64,000 nucleotides of DNA, taken from a virus. Taxonomy: Duplodnaviria; Caudoviricetes. The notes below the pieces were generated by a model that saw only the letters and a list, made by a program, of their open reading frames with translations, searched no databases and had not been told where the DNA came from. This document shows, piece by piece, positions 39,170 to 50,701 of the stretch. The translations under genes were made by a program, and so were the position numbers. Numbering within the stretch: position 1 is the first letter of the stretch; every line of letters begins with the position of its first letter. Location of the stretch: positions 74,362-138,361 of IMG/VR virus record IMGVR_UViG_3300028888_000061. One strand, written 5' to 3'.

Positions 39170-41002
39170 ATGTTCGACCGCGTTGTTTTGTGTTCTGAAG
39201 GTAAAACTCTTCACGCAGCTTTACGTGCTAAGAATCTTGAACTTGCCAATAATGATTTGGTCAAGGTTTATCTGATAAATGAAAGCACGTTGAACAGCAG
39301 CTTTGACATGGCCGGTGTCACGGCTTCAATGATGAGCGGCGTTCCACAGCTCACGTCTGTTTTCTCGATGCAGACGGAACTTCATGTTGCGGCTTATGGT
39401 TCATCCAGTAATTCATCGGTAGGTGGTTACTATGCCGTTGTCGTGGTAAGTGGCAAGGCTTTGATTTGTGCCCGTTCTGATGAGCGTTTGATTGCTAATG
39501 AAAAATTGGCAATGACCTTTGATGTCGAAGAGACCAACGGTGTTTTGAAAGCTACTGCCGACTTTGATGGAAACATCACTCAAGGTCTTTTGAAAATGCT
39601 TGTTGGTGCCGGAGAAGTGTCAATCAAGAAACACACAGATGATGATGCTGCCATTGGCACTTTTACTGTGAATGATTCTTCTGACACAGAGATTGACCTT
39701 GCGTTGGGTACTGCAGCTGATGCTGATGTTCTTGAGGGTTCGGCTCTTGAGTGTTTCAGTGATTCAGAGTTAATTTCTGACAACGACAAGTTGGTTAATC
39801 TCGAACAGGCTGACGATGTCGCTAAAATGCGTGCTGAAGAAGTTGCCGCTTCTATTGGCGATGGTGAGTTGACAATTAGTGCGGGTAATAACACAGTCAC
39901 ATTCACTGCAAACAGTGATTCTGATGCATCCCTTACGCTTGGTGAAGCGGCGAATCATGGTGTTGATTCTTCGATTACGTCAGGTACGACTTCCAACGGT
40001 CTCCCAACGTCTTCGGCTGTTGATGCTTTCGTTGGTAAAGGTGATTTGTCGATTACCGTTCATCCTAACGGTGCTGCACTTAATACGACATTCAGTGCAA
40101 ATGCTTCGTCCAATGTGAACATTAACCTCGGTTTGGGCGATGCTGCTGATAAAGATGTTGACAGTGCTGTTTCCGACAACTCGACAAACTTGCCGACCAG
40201 TGCTGCTGTTGCCACTTATGTTTCTGACCAGTTGAGCGACCCGGACAATGTTGGTAATGGTACAATCAGTGTTTATGCCGGTTCTGCAAACAACACAGCT
40301 CTTGGGTCTTTCACCGTAAATCAGAAAGCCAATTATAATTTGGTTCTTGGTGCAGCCGCTGAAAAGGGTGTTGACTCTTCCATTCCTACTACAAATGTTT
40401 CGACAAACTTGCCGACCAGTGAAGCGGTTGTTGACTATGTTGGTAAAGCAAATCTTACTATTAAGAAGCATACGTCAGACAACAGTCCTGTCGGTACATT
40501 TAGTGCGAATGCACAGACAGATGTTGCTGTTGACCTCGCATTGGGTACGGCTGCCGACAAGGATGCTTTGCTCGATAACAATCTGACGGATGTCACGAAT
40601 CACGGTGATGACCTTACGTCACTTTCACAGGTGAAGACGTTAGTAGAGCAGGCCACTGCTGTGAACGCTCTTGCACCTGCCGACGCTGCTGTACAAGAAA
40701 TCACACCGGCAGTTGGTCAGATGATGTGGCTTGCAATCAACTTCTCTGGTCAGGTTGGTATCGTGGATTTCACAACCGCCGCTGTCCAGTCTTCGACGCC
40801 TTCTTGGAATGGAACAACGACTTCTGCGACAGATGCTTATCTTGCTGAAATCGTAGACAATGCCGGTGACTTCCGTGCTACACAGAATCGCATAATTGCC
40901 GGTTGTACGTTCCGTACTCTGAACGCTATGGATTCAACAGGTATGACAAGTCCTTCTTATGGATTTGCTCTTTGTGTTTGTACAGCAGTTCCAGAACCGT
41001 AA
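39170..41002 (+). CDS. tail fibre-like protein with internal repeats
   Basis: Repeats of G.LTI...TF.AN....LGxAAxxxVD..I....LPTSxAV. Confidence 0.7.
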   Translation: MFDRVVLCSEGKTLHAALRAKNLELANNDLVKVYLINESTLNSSFDMAGVTASMMSGVPQLTSVFSMQTELHVAAYGSSSNSSVGGYYAVVVVSGKALICARSDERLIANEKLAMTFDVEETNGVLKATADFDGNITQGLLKMLVGAGEVSIKKHTDDDAAIGTFTVNDSSDTEIDLALGTAADADVLEGSALECFSDSELISDNDKLVNLEQADDVAKMRAEEVAASIGDGELTISAGNNTVTFTANSDSDASLTLGEAANHGVDSSITSGTTSNGLPTSSAVDAFVGKGDLSITVHPNGAALNTTFSANASSNVNINLGLGDAADKDVDSAVSDNSTNLPTSAAVATYVSDQLSDPDNVGNGTISVYAGSANNTALGSFTVNQKANYNLVLGAAAEKGVDSSIPTTNVSTNLPTSEAVVDYVGKANLTIKKHTSDNSPVGTFSANAQTDVAVDLALGTAADKDALLDNNLTDVTNHGDDLTSLSQVKTLVEQATAVNALAPADAAVQEITPAVGQMMWLAINFSGQVGIVDFTTAAVQSSTPSWNGTTTSATDAYLAEIVDNAGDFRATQNRIIAGCTFRTLNAMDSTGMTSPSYGFALCVCTAVPEP

Positions 41003-41022
41003 GCGTATTCTTGTTTGTGTTT

Positions 41023-41053
41023 AAAAAGGGACACTGTTCAGTGTCCCTTTTTT
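41023..41053 (+). terminator. intrinsic terminator
   Basis: AAAAAGGGACACTG-TT-CAGTGTCCCTTTTT. Confidence 0.8.
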
Positions 41054-41172
41054 GTTTTCTGCTTTGGTTTAAATCTCTATCAAAGCTAAGAGCTATCTAT
41101 ATCTTTGGGTAGTTTTAACTTTGTTTCTAACGAAGATTTCTTACATACTCTATATGTACAGGAGACCGTCTT

Positions 41173-44100
41173 ATGGCATTTGACTTATGTGTAATACCTG
41201 TATCAACAGTTCCGTACCTGTCTGCATTACAGACCCGTCAGTTTTCGATGACGGAGATAACAGCTCATCTCGTTTCTGAAAAACTGACTCGTGAGCAGTG
41301 TCGTTCGATGACGCCTGAGACGTTTTCTGCTTCTTATGGTTCTTCAGCTTATGCACTGCATGTTCGTAGTTCGGTTTCGTCCGAGATAAACCTTGCCCTC
41401 ACATCGTCTGCTAATGACAACGCTCCGACAGGGTATTCCGTCGTCATTCAGGGTTATCTTGTTTCTCAGGAGCAGCAGGTGGTTCTTGGCGTGTGCGTCT
41501 CTGATGAACCCATTGTGGCTGACATATCGTTGCGTTTGTTCGTGAATATCGAGGAAACGAATAATGTTTTTCGTTTGAGTGCTGACTTTGACGGTATGGT
41601 CACCCAGGGTCTTTTGGACGATATTCTTGAGACGTATGTCACGACTGATACAGACCAAGACATAACAGGCGAAAAAACATTTACAGAAAGCAGTCTGAAA
41701 ATCGGTTCTGACACGATTAAGCATTATTCGTTCAAGCATGGTCAGGAATTTGTCATCGGCACACAGACTGCTTCAACAAATGCATGGACAGGTGTGTCTG
41801 TACAGGATGCATTGTATGACGGCATGTGCATCAATTTCTATCTTCCGTATGCAGGAACTACCGATGCTGCTACGTTGACACTCACGATGGCTAACGGAAG
41901 CACAACGGCTGCAATCCCTATTAAGTATCGTGGTAACAATAACGTCACTACAACGTTCCCCGTCGGTTCAATCATTCAGCTTACATACTGTGAGAACAAA
42001 ACGATAGGTAGTAATACCATCACAGGATGGTTTGCCGATTCAAACTACGTGGCATCTATTACGGTTTCCTATGAACGCAATCGTATCGGCGGTCGTGTGG
42101 TTGCCGGGAGTACAGGTCTTTATGCTTTTCAGCCGAGTCTTCTGGTTGACCGTGACGGTAATAAATACGTATCCATTACGACATCAAGCACAGCACATGC
42201 TTCCGGGACTCCAAAGACGTGTACTACATTGGGATTTTACCCAGAAAGTATCCTCACCAGTGATACATCTTATGCTAGTGGGAGTATTGCGGTTGCCAAT
42301 AAGATTTGGCGTACATACACTTTAACCGTGAATCAGTGTTTCGGCACAGCCTCATTGACAGCTTCCAGACCTGTGTATCTTGTCTGCACGTTTAACCGTA
42401 ATGATGGAAAGTTCTACCTCGACACAGCACAGTGGTGGTCACAGACGATTCCTCAACAGGAAAATGGAAAGTTGTACATTTTCCTCGGCATTACGGCAAC
42501 CGCAACAGCGTTCACATTGGACTCCATTCATCCAATTCTCTGCTATAAAGACGGTCGTGTTCAGGAAGTTACGTATGCTTCATTGGTCACAAATGACCGA
42601 ATTGATGCAATAGAGGAGTCGATACCTCAGAATCTTTCAGACCTTGAGGATGACCTCGGTGTTCTTACTGAGCATCAGTCGTTGGCTGCATACCCGACAA
42701 GCGCATCGTACAATTCTTCTACGAAAAAGATTACGTTCAAGAATGCGAGCAATACAGCACTTCCAAACATGGAAATCGACGCCACGGATTTCATTAAGGA
42801 CGGCATGGTAAGTGATGTAGCAATCCAGAATGACAATCTTGTTGTGTCGTTCAATACGGATGCAGGAAAAGAAGATATCTCCATACCTCTGTCCAGTATC
42901 TTTGACCCCAGTAATTATTACACGAAAACACAGACCGATACACAGATAAGTAATGCGATTGACGCTCTCGGTGAGGCCGCAGAATATGACGTTGACCCGT
43001 TCCCAATCACGGATGCATCATCCGGAAATCTCGTCACGACTATTTCCATGACTCAGTGGGTTCGCAGTCAGAATTATGCAAAGATAACAGACCTTCCTAC
43101 AGTCAATAACGCAGCTCTTACCATCCAGAGAAATGGTGCTACGATTGCGACCTTTACAGCTAATGCTTCAAGCGGTGTTACTGCTGATATTTCTGTACCG
43201 GAGAACACGAGTGACCTTGAGAACGATTCTGGATTTGTTTCTGAAAGTGATTTGGGGGATGCGGCTTTCCGAAGTGTCGATACAAGTATCGTAAACGCAT
43301 CATCAGGAAATCTTCCAACAGTGGAAGCCGTGACAGGGTGGGTTTCGTCGCAGCTTGATGGTTATGCACAGTCTGATGATATTCCTACCGTAGGAAATGC
43401 CACCATTACGATACAGAAACGCTCTGGTACGAGTGCAGGTAACTTCACAACAAATGCCACAGCAAACAAGACCATCAATTTGAGTCTCGGAGCTGCCGCA
43501 GACAAAGCCGTAGACACGTCCATCTCCAACACGTCTTCGACAAATCTCCCAACGACTTCCGCTGTTGCAACTTGGGTGAACTCTCAGACTGGCAATTTCG
43601 TAACTCTTAATACTCAGCAGACAATCACCGCACGGAAGACTTTAAACTCAGGTGATTATAATGCGTATCTTAATGCCTCTAATATTACTGTTGAATATTC
43701 GCCATCCTCTGGGCATACAGCAACGGCTTCGTTGCTTCCGACAGGTCTTTCTGTTGATGGTGTTCATTTTCTGAACAGCTACGGTCGTGCCGGTGATAAC
43801 TTCCTGGTTGCGTCTGTTGAAGGTACGCATGGATTCTCGGAACTTACAGTTAATGGAGGTCTTGGCTTCACGTTCTGCAATAAGGGAATAAACGATGAGG
43901 ATTACAGCTATCCTCTTCGGATAAACGCAAACGATACGACCTTTGACGAAAATCAGTCTCTTTATTTGGCACGTGATACGAATACGTACCTTCGTGTCTC
44001 TGACACGATTACTGATTTCGAGGTCTCACTTGATGACGATAATTCGCCTACACAGTTATGGTTTAAACCTGGTCATGTTTACTATGGTGTTGTTATAACA

Positions 44101-47100
44101 TCACATACGTCTGTCGGCGTGATTCAGTCTTCACAGACTACGCTTGCGTCTCCAACCAATCCACCCTCGTCATTTTTGAATGCCGTTACGCAGAATGGAA
44201 TAAATGATTACGGTTTCTATGCTGAACATAATAGCAATAATGAACCCACAACGATAGGTTTCTGGGTTTCCGTTATGTCGAACTCAAGAGAGTTCGTATA
44301 TGTGTTCCCATTCTATTCCTACAATATTCCTTATGAGTTCGACAGTTATACAACAGGTCAGCAGGGTCAGGGTCACAGAGTCTTGGTGAAGAACTCAAGT
44401 GGTGTGTACACCCTGTCTAATGATGGGTTTGTCCTTAGACAGCGTACAACCATGTCCATTAAGGATTACGTTGACAGACTTGTAAATACAGGCTCAGGCG
44501 GCGATGAAGTTCAGAATCCAATGTTCGTTGTTCAGTCTCAAGGTACAACAGTCGTATCCTCTTTGAGCAATTTGAGTGATTATCGTACACAGAGGGTTAA
44601 TGATTCCGATAATCCGCATTACAAACCGAATGATTTTTCGGTTAGAATCGATGTTCCGTCTGTTCCTGCTAATGGGTCGTCGTATGAGGTTTACATTCAG
44701 AATACCACGTATATTGGAAGTATTGTGGTGGCCTGTAATGGTTCTCATTACGGTTACCCGATTTATTTCCGTGGAGAAACCAACCTTCACTGTCCAACCG
44801 TACCTGGCGGAAGTGTGATACGTCTTACGCTGTACAACAACGCATTTTACGGTGATTTCTATGATCTTGCTGATTTTGGTGATGAACATGAGGCGTATGT
44901 TTATGTCGGAAGAGTCCCTGTAAATCTCTCAGATTATGATCTCAGTAACTTTTCTGGTCTTATTGGCATGGACAAAGCGACTGGGAAATATGCACAGTTG
45001 TTTGATGTATCTGTCACACAGAATGGTGCGTCTGTTAATTCACCTGAATTGAAGAAAGGTACGCCGATTTATGTGTGTTTCTATGGAGAATGCTTTGCTG
45101 CACATCCAAAAGTCCCGTTCGGAAACATCCTTCGGATTTTCGATTCATACTATGTACGTGAGGCGATTTCTACCGACAAACTTCCTTTTACATTTTATCC
45201 GTTTACCTCTGGCGATACGGTTGATGCACATGTCGTGACTAATCCGAACAGCACACAGGGTTATAAGTATTTCCACATGGATAATTGCCCGGTTTACATT
45301 TCTTCTGTTGCGAATCGGGTTTTATTGGGCAATCCTCCTGAGTCTGAGAATGCACGTCTGATTGGATTTCTCTGTAAAGGTGCTGAAAATTCTGGACTGC
45401 TTCATCTTGTGGATAACGATGATGTGTTTTATGTGTCGGACGACGATTACTCCAAGACTTTTGCAGGTGTTTGGGATTACAATACAGTCGATTCAGAGAC
45501 CTACGCTTTGTCTGGTGTGAGTACTTTCGCCAAGTTGTCAGATGCATCGGATAATGTACTGGTAGGTCTGTCAAAGAACTCTTCCAAACTGGTTCCGTTA
45601 CTTGTGTACGATGCCTGCGGTGGCGACTTGATGATAAACGCAGACCTTGACTGGGATTCGCCTGTTTATGCGCTTTTTGAGGGATTCAGGTGCTTCTCTG
45701 CACATCCTCTGGTCGATTTCAGACAAGTTCTTAAATATAACAGCGGTTCTTTCATGTTCACGTTTTCTCCCATGAGTTCCGAGACACCCAGTGTTGCTTA
45801 TGGTAATGACGGAAATCAGTATTTCGGAAGTGCTAATTATCCTGTGTTTATTAGTGATTTTTATGGCGGTTATGAAGGTTATAAGAGTTTCTGTGTCGGT
45901 ATACCTTCCGATGTGAATATTCCGTCCTCGGATATTCACTGGCGGTTGCTTGGTTATACGACAAGCACGCCCGGCTACATTCGTCTGGTTGAATCACATC
46001 CGTTCCTTAAAGATTTCATTCATCAGACAGGCGGGTATGTCAAACTGTCGAAGTTCACAGACACATTTTACGATGCATCCATCGGTAATTACGTAACCCC
46101 TTCGCAGTATGTGGATTATTTCAGAACGAACAACGGGTTATCTCTAAGTGATGCTGTGAATGAACTTGTGTCGAACTATGGCGATACAGTTTTCCACCTT
46201 AAGGACTTGGATTCATCGTCAATTTACGCATCAGAGTCGGATGGAGAGGTGTTTGTTTCCTTGCCGTACATAACAACGGTTGAGTTTAAGAACAGAATGT
46301 CTTTCAGAATTTCGTCGGGTGAGGTTTCATACATTGACCACTATGGTGTGTATCATGGTAAGGCTACAAGTGCCGATTCAGCAACCACATCGACATCTTC
46401 AACGTATGCCAGATATTTAAGGTATGCTTCAACAAATGTGTTGATTGCTGCAAGTACAAGTGTTGTTACAAGTAATGCAACCATCCGACCGGTTGCATCG
46501 AATTCAAGTCTGAATCTTGGTACAAGTGCGTACAAATGGGGTACTGTCTATGCTACCTATCTCGGCGACCTGTCTTACCCATTGACTTCTTCATATTCGA
46601 CATCACTTTATTGTACGAATGTGTATTCGAGTGGGTCTTCGTCTGTACAGTGCTTTACATTAGGAACAAATTCGTCTTATGCGAATGACATTTCTATTCC
46701 AGGAACGGACTCAGATGGAAGTCGTGGGTATTTGCATCCTTCTGTTGATTATGGTGCAGACCTTGGAAGTAGTGCTAGATGTTTCAACAAAGTCTGGACA
46801 AAAGACATCAAGGCTTATGGCACCATTTATGGCAATCTTGATGGTACGGACGGCAATATTACCGTACCAACTAATTTTATAACAGTTGGCACTACCAGTT
46901 TGTCGTTTAGAGTCTGGACTACTTCTGGAACTGGTGGATTTTCAACGGGTTCGTTTAATATTCCAACAAGTGCGAGTATTGGAAATGTTGCTCATTGGGC
47001 GAAACTTAGACAGATTGTTTCTGGCATTATTTCGAGGTCAAGTGGTACCGCACCGAATTCGACTGATTCTTCACATGGTATTGGTTCTATAAGAATCGCC

Positions 47101-47346
47101 GCTATGTATAGAGCTACTTCTGATACCTCATCACAGATTGATACCAACCTATATAATGGATTCCTTGTTGGTGGTGCTAATTTAAGACAAATTGCACTTT
47201 ACTCAAGTTCCACAAATGTTAAATGTCAGTATGTTTCTCAAACATTATCAACTGGGTCTTGGGTATGTTTAATGCCATTAACAAACAATTCAATGTCTTC
47301 TGGCACTACATCATATCCAATAGGTTTGTTTGTTCGTATTGCGTAA
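41173..47346 (+). CDS. long tail fibre / receptor-binding protein (2057 aa)
   Basis: YVTTDTDQDITGEKTF fibre motif; repeats shared with 39170; LGTSAYKWGTVYA and DLGSSARCFNKVW motifs; followed by chaperone. Confidence 0.85.
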   Translation: MAFDLCVIPVSTVPYLSALQTRQFSMTEITAHLVSEKLTREQCRSMTPETFSASYGSSAYALHVRSSVSSEINLALTSSANDNAPTGYSVVIQGYLVSQEQQVVLGVCVSDEPIVADISLRLFVNIEETNNVFRLSADFDGMVTQGLLDDILETYVTTDTDQDITGEKTFTESSLKIGSDTIKHYSFKHGQEFVIGTQTASTNAWTGVSVQDALYDGMCINFYLPYAGTTDAATLTLTMANGSTTAAIPIKYRGNNNVTTTFPVGSIIQLTYCENKTIGSNTITGWFADSNYVASITVSYERNRIGGRVVAGSTGLYAFQPSLLVDRDGNKYVSITTSSTAHASGTPKTCTTLGFYPESILTSDTSYASGSIAVANKIWRTYTLTVNQCFGTASLTASRPVYLVCTFNRNDGKFYLDTAQWWSQTIPQQENGKLYIFLGITATATAFTLDSIHPILCYKDGRVQEVTYASLVTNDRIDAIEESIPQNLSDLEDDLGVLTEHQSLAAYPTSASYNSSTKKITFKNASNTALPNMEIDATDFIKDGMVSDVAIQNDNLVVSFNTDAGKEDISIPLSSIFDPSNYYTKTQTDTQISNAIDALGEAAEYDVDPFPITDASSGNLVTTISMTQWVRSQNYAKITDLPTVNNAALTIQRNGATIATFTANASSGVTADISVPENTSDLENDSGFVSESDLGDAAFRSVDTSIVNASSGNLPTVEAVTGWVSSQLDGYAQSDDIPTVGNATITIQKRSGTSAGNFTTNATANKTINLSLGAAADKAVDTSISNTSSTNLPTTSAVATWVNSQTGNFVTLNTQQTITARKTLNSGDYNAYLNASNITVEYSPSSGHTATASLLPTGLSVDGVHFLNSYGRAGDNFLVASVEGTHGFSELTVNGGLGFTFCNKGINDEDYSYPLRINANDTTFDENQSLYLARDTNTYLRVSDTITDFEVSLDDDNSPTQLWFKPGHVYYGVVITSHTSVGVIQSSQTTLASPTNPPSSFLNAVTQNGINDYGFYAEHNSNNEPTTIGFWVSVMSNSREFVYVFPFYSYNIPYEFDSYTTGQQGQGHRVLVKNSSGVYTLSNDGFVLRQRTTMSIKDYVDRLVNTGSGGDEVQNPMFVVQSQGTTVVSSLSNLSDYRTQRVNDSDNPHYKPNDFSVRIDVPSVPANGSSYEVYIQNTTYIGSIVVACNGSHYGYPIYFRGETNLHCPTVPGGSVIRLTLYNNAFYGDFYDLADFGDEHEAYVYVGRVPVNLSDYDLSNFSGLIGMDKATGKYAQLFDVSVTQNGASVNSPELKKGTPIYVCFYGECFAAHPKVPFGNILRIFDSYYVREAISTDKLPFTFYPFTSGDTVDAHVVTNPNSTQGYKYFHMDNCPVYISSVANRVLLGNPPESENARLIGFLCKGAENSGLLHLVDNDDVFYVSDDDYSKTFAGVWDYNTVDSETYALSGVSTFAKLSDASDNVLVGLSKNSSKLVPLLVYDACGGDLMINADLDWDSPVYALFEGFRCFSAHPLVDFRQVLKYNSGSFMFTFSPMSSETPSVAYGNDGNQYFGSANYPVFISDFYGGYEGYKSFCVGIPSDVNIPSSDIHWRLLGYTTSTPGYIRLVESHPFLKDFIHQTGGYVKLSKFTDTFYDASIGNYVTPSQYVDYFRTNNGLSLSDAVNELVSNYGDTVFHLKDLDSSSIYASESDGEVFVSLPYITTVEFKNRMSFRISSGEVSYIDHYGVYHGKATSADSATTSTSSTYARYLRYASTNVLIAASTSVVTSNATIRPVASNSSLNLGTSAYKWGTVYATYLGDLSYPLTSSYSTSLYCTNVYSSGSSSVQCFTLGTNSSYANDISIPGTDSDGSRGYLHPSVDYGADLGSSARCFNKVWTKDIKAYGTIYGNLDGTDGNITVPTNFITVGTTSLSFRVWTTSGTGGFSTGSFNIPTSASIGNVAHWAKLRQIVSGIISRSSGTAPNSTDSSHGIGSIRIAAMYRATSDTSSQIDTNLYNGFLVGGANLRQIALYSSSTNVKCQYVSQTLSTGSWVCLMPLTNNSMSSGTTSYPIGLFVRIA

Positions 47347-47358
47347 AAGGAGTTGTTT

Positions 47359-47757
47359 ATGCAAGTTTCTCATGCACAGTGGGTCGATACGGAGCACACT
47401 TGTTTTAATGTCATTGTCAGCTCTGATGAGTTTGAGAATTTACCATATAGTGTTTGCTTAAACAGTGATGACGAAGCACCTGTACACAGACAGCTTGTTG
47501 AGATGTACAGGAATGGTCAACTTGAAATACAGGAATGCGATGAAGAAGCATTGAACAATGAAGTCATTTCTTCTGTAAGATTACAGAGGGACGCATTACT
47601 GTCAGAGACCGACAAGTTTATGACGATTGATTACCCAATATCAGACGAAGACCGTAATGCACTAAGAGTATATCGCCAGGCACTTCGTGATGTTCCACAG
47701 CAGGAAGGATTCCCTGACAATGTGGTATGGCCGGAGAAACCATCCTGTCTCAAGTGA
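47359..47757 (+). CDS. tail fibre assembly chaperone
   Basis: VRLQRDALLSETD...YRQALRDVPQQEGFPDNVVWPEKP. Confidence 0.9.
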   Translation: MQVSHAQWVDTEHTCFNVIVSSDEFENLPYSVCLNSDDEAPVHRQLVEMYRNGQLEIQECDEEALNNEVISSVRLQRDALLSETDKFMTIDYPISDEDRNALRVYRQALRDVPQQEGFPDNVVWPEKPSCLK

Positions 47758-47974
47758 TGAACTTTGTACGGAGTCGTTTATCAAATAAGGTAGCTGGCCC
47801 CTATTCTTTAGTGGTTCAACTAGATGTCTATTTGGGCATTTGCAATTCTTTTGGCTCCTTCTGGGGTCAAAAGAATTTTTTGTTTCAGCAAGGTTCAAAC
47901 TGAGTGCCGCCCTCCTCATCGTAACTGACTTTCTTGGCGGTGACATACTTTCGTACTGTTATTGGAGGTCTGCT

Positions 47975-50629
47975 ATGTTCGAGCAACAGGTCATTACAAG
48001 TCGAGGTTTGTTTCTTCTTAATCAGATGAAGACACAAATGGATTCTCGTTTGTCGTTTGTTGGCGTTTTTGGTTCTGACGAACGTGTTTCCAATGAGAAT
48101 CTTTTTCGTCTTGAACCTCATCAGTTGTCTGCTTGGACACAGGGTACTCTGTTTAAGGTATACCCAACAAAGTACGCAAACTTAAATGATACACGTATCG
48201 CTGTGTCATTTAACGATAATAACGGTGAGGGTCGTTCATTAAAGTCTGTTGCATTGCTTGCACGACTTATGCGAACGCAGACTACGAATCCTTCCTTTGC
48301 ACAGGTGTCAATTACACCTGAATTGTCTGTACGTGCTAAACAGGCAGGTGTCGCTGGAAACGATTACTTTGTTCAGTTTGTGTCTGACTCAGAGTCTGCA
48401 CAAGGAGACATTATCGTCTCGTTAAGACGTGGTTCTGACGAATTGGGTTCGTTACGTATTACAAGCGAGATGTCTGTTGAGGATGTTAATGCGTCTTCGT
48501 TGGTTTTAGGTTCAGCCACTGGTACTGCTCCGACAACAGTTCCTTTAAGTGAGCATGTCGAGTTCGTAGGTACTTTCGGAAATCTGTTCAATTCATCCGC
48601 GATTATTTTTAGAGATGCCCTTTCAGGTGGTTCTGATGGTGAAGAGTCTGAGGTCCCTGTTGATGAACCCATTGTGTTTGCAGTAGCAACTACGGACACT
48701 GCCATTACGATTAAGAATGACGGTAAGAACAATATATTCTTTACGTTCCAGTTGTTAATCACGAATGGGTATGCACGTATTAAAGCTGACGAACATGCAC
48801 GTGCTCTGCTTCAGGATATCGAGGACACTTCCAAAGAGGACAAAGGCGGCGTTGCAACCATAATGTTCAATGCTGCGACAAGTGATTTGCAGCTGTTTGA
48901 CCGTGAAGGTCATTTGATTGACCAGGCAAATCTGCCTGCCGGTTTTTATAATAACGGAGAGTTCGTTACCATAAGAAACCGACAGAATGTCTATGACGAA
49001 AAGATTTGGATTTCGCATAAGGATGTCATTGAAAATGCAAACACACTGTATGAGTTTACAGATGAAGAACAGGGCGTTGAGTATGGTATTGTCGCCGGAT
49101 TACCGTTGGTCGATAAAGCATCCAAAGGTCATGCAGACCATTTCGTGTCATACCTTATGGAGACGGATGAGGTAGGTCTTTTCAGTGTTGTTCTGTCAGA
49201 AAACGACGGAATGTCCTTTGAATTGTTCTCTGATTCATATTCGTCTCTCACGAAACTTTCACAGCCTTCTGTTAGAGACTTTTTCAATATCAGTGAAGAC
49301 CGTGATGTGAACACTTTGGAAGATGTCGGTGACGACTCTGTTGCAGTGTTTGACATTGAGTCTGTTTCACCTATTCAGGCTCTTCGTTTATGGCAGGGTT
49401 ATTCTCAACTTGCCTTATCACGGAATGAGGTTCAGGACGCTCTTGCTTCAAGGTTTGTTTCTTTAATCTGTGAGTATGATCCCTCGGAGTTGATTTCCGA
49501 TGAGGGTGACGATGGTTCTTCACAAGAGTGGTTGGTATCGTATCTTTATGATTTGGGTGTCATTAGCAGCAGTACGACAAGTCTTGAAAGTGCAAAGCAA
49601 GAACTTAACCTTCTCATGGAAGCTGCTTCTGATAATGATGAGACAGTGCGTACTAAACGACATAAACTTGCACGTGAATTTGCGACAAGTTTCCCGAATG
49701 CGATTGGGTTCACTCCTGACGATGCTATTGAAGACGTTATTGGTATTCCTAGTGTTGCTGTGTTCCCTGAGGATATACGCAAAGCGTACTCTTTGAACGA
49801 TGTCGCTGTGTTGAAAGAGAAGTATTCCGCATTGGGAACCGAAGAGAATGGTCTTTTAGCTGCCAATGCTGACACGTTGGCAGATGTTCTTCGCGGTATC
49901 TATGAAGCTCAGGTTGAAAATGCACGTAAGGCTTACATTGCAGCTGATAATGCATGGAAATCCATTTACGGCGTTCATGGATTGATGCACAGTGTGGCTG
50001 TATCGTCTGACGGTGTGACATTTAGAAGCCATGAATGGGGATATAGGATTCACCTTAGACAAGAGACAAACGGCGGACAGCAAAAGATTGCATTGTCGAG
50101 AATGGATGGAGCGAATGCAAGTACGTTTGCGTTCATCGGCGACTCAGGCGTTCTTGGTGGTGCACCTTTATTTACTGTTATCGTTGCTGCACATGCAGAG
50201 ATGTATGAAGGCGTTTCTACATGGAGACTGGACAGTTTGAGTTCGTCTGACGGATTCATTCCTGAGTTGTTTGGTGGTACAGATGGTTTGGAGCACGGTG
50301 AGGGTGTGTCTCAATGGGGCGATGAAGTTGTGTTTAACGTAAGGAATGTGGAAACCCTGGTTGTTCGTCTTGCTGATAACCTTTCCAATCTTCCTTTCAA
50401 CCATGTGTCTATGGATATACAGGGTGTTACAGGCGTAAATCGGATACCATGCGAACAGTTCAAGCACTTGAATTGCATTGTTCCTTTGTACATGGAGAGT
50501 CAGGATTCTCGTGGTTGTGCCGTAAATATGACTGAGATTCTTAATTCTTGGGTACAGACTGAGGACATGTACAAGCCTGATATTATCATTATTCGTGGAT
50601 ACGGTTTGTTCATTCAGACACAGAAATAA
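47975..50629 (+). CDS. putative tail/baseplate-associated fibre protein
   Basis: GGAGG SD; N-terminus VITSRG like fibre attachment domains; AGVAGN...LSGGSDG sheath-like insert. Confidence 0.5.
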   Translation: MFEQQVITSRGLFLLNQMKTQMDSRLSFVGVFGSDERVSNENLFRLEPHQLSAWTQGTLFKVYPTKYANLNDTRIAVSFNDNNGEGRSLKSVALLARLMRTQTTNPSFAQVSITPELSVRAKQAGVAGNDYFVQFVSDSESAQGDIIVSLRRGSDELGSLRITSEMSVEDVNASSLVLGSATGTAPTTVPLSEHVEFVGTFGNLFNSSAIIFRDALSGGSDGEESEVPVDEPIVFAVATTDTAITIKNDGKNNIFFTFQLLITNGYARIKADEHARALLQDIEDTSKEDKGGVATIMFNAATSDLQLFDREGHLIDQANLPAGFYNNGEFVTIRNRQNVYDEKIWISHKDVIENANTLYEFTDEEQGVEYGIVAGLPLVDKASKGHADHFVSYLMETDEVGLFSVVLSENDGMSFELFSDSYSSLTKLSQPSVRDFFNISEDRDVNTLEDVGDDSVAVFDIESVSPIQALRLWQGYSQLALSRNEVQDALASRFVSLICEYDPSELISDEGDDGSSQEWLVSYLYDLGVISSSTTSLESAKQELNLLMEAASDNDETVRTKRHKLAREFATSFPNAIGFTPDDAIEDVIGIPSVAVFPEDIRKAYSLNDVAVLKEKYSALGTEENGLLAANADTLADVLRGIYEAQVENARKAYIAADNAWKSIYGVHGLMHSVAVSSDGVTFRSHEWGYRIHLRQETNGGQQKIALSRMDGANASTFAFIGDSGVLGGAPLFTVIVAAHAEMYEGVSTWRLDSLSSSDGFIPELFGGTDGLEHGEGVSQWGDEVVFNVRNVETLVVRLADNLSNLPFNHVSMDIQGVTGVNRIPCEQFKHLNCIVPLYMESQDSRGCAVNMTEILNSWVQTEDMYKPDIIIIRGYGLFIQTQK

Positions 50630-50701
50630 CAAGTGTGGTTAGCTTATCAAACCCCTTGCATCCCTTTGCAAGGGGTTTTTTCATTTTACTCGGAGGTTAT
50701 T

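Noticed and set aside
41173-47346. Diversity-generating retroelement or invertible fibre tip
   Set aside because: No reverse transcriptase, template repeat or invertase seen in this window
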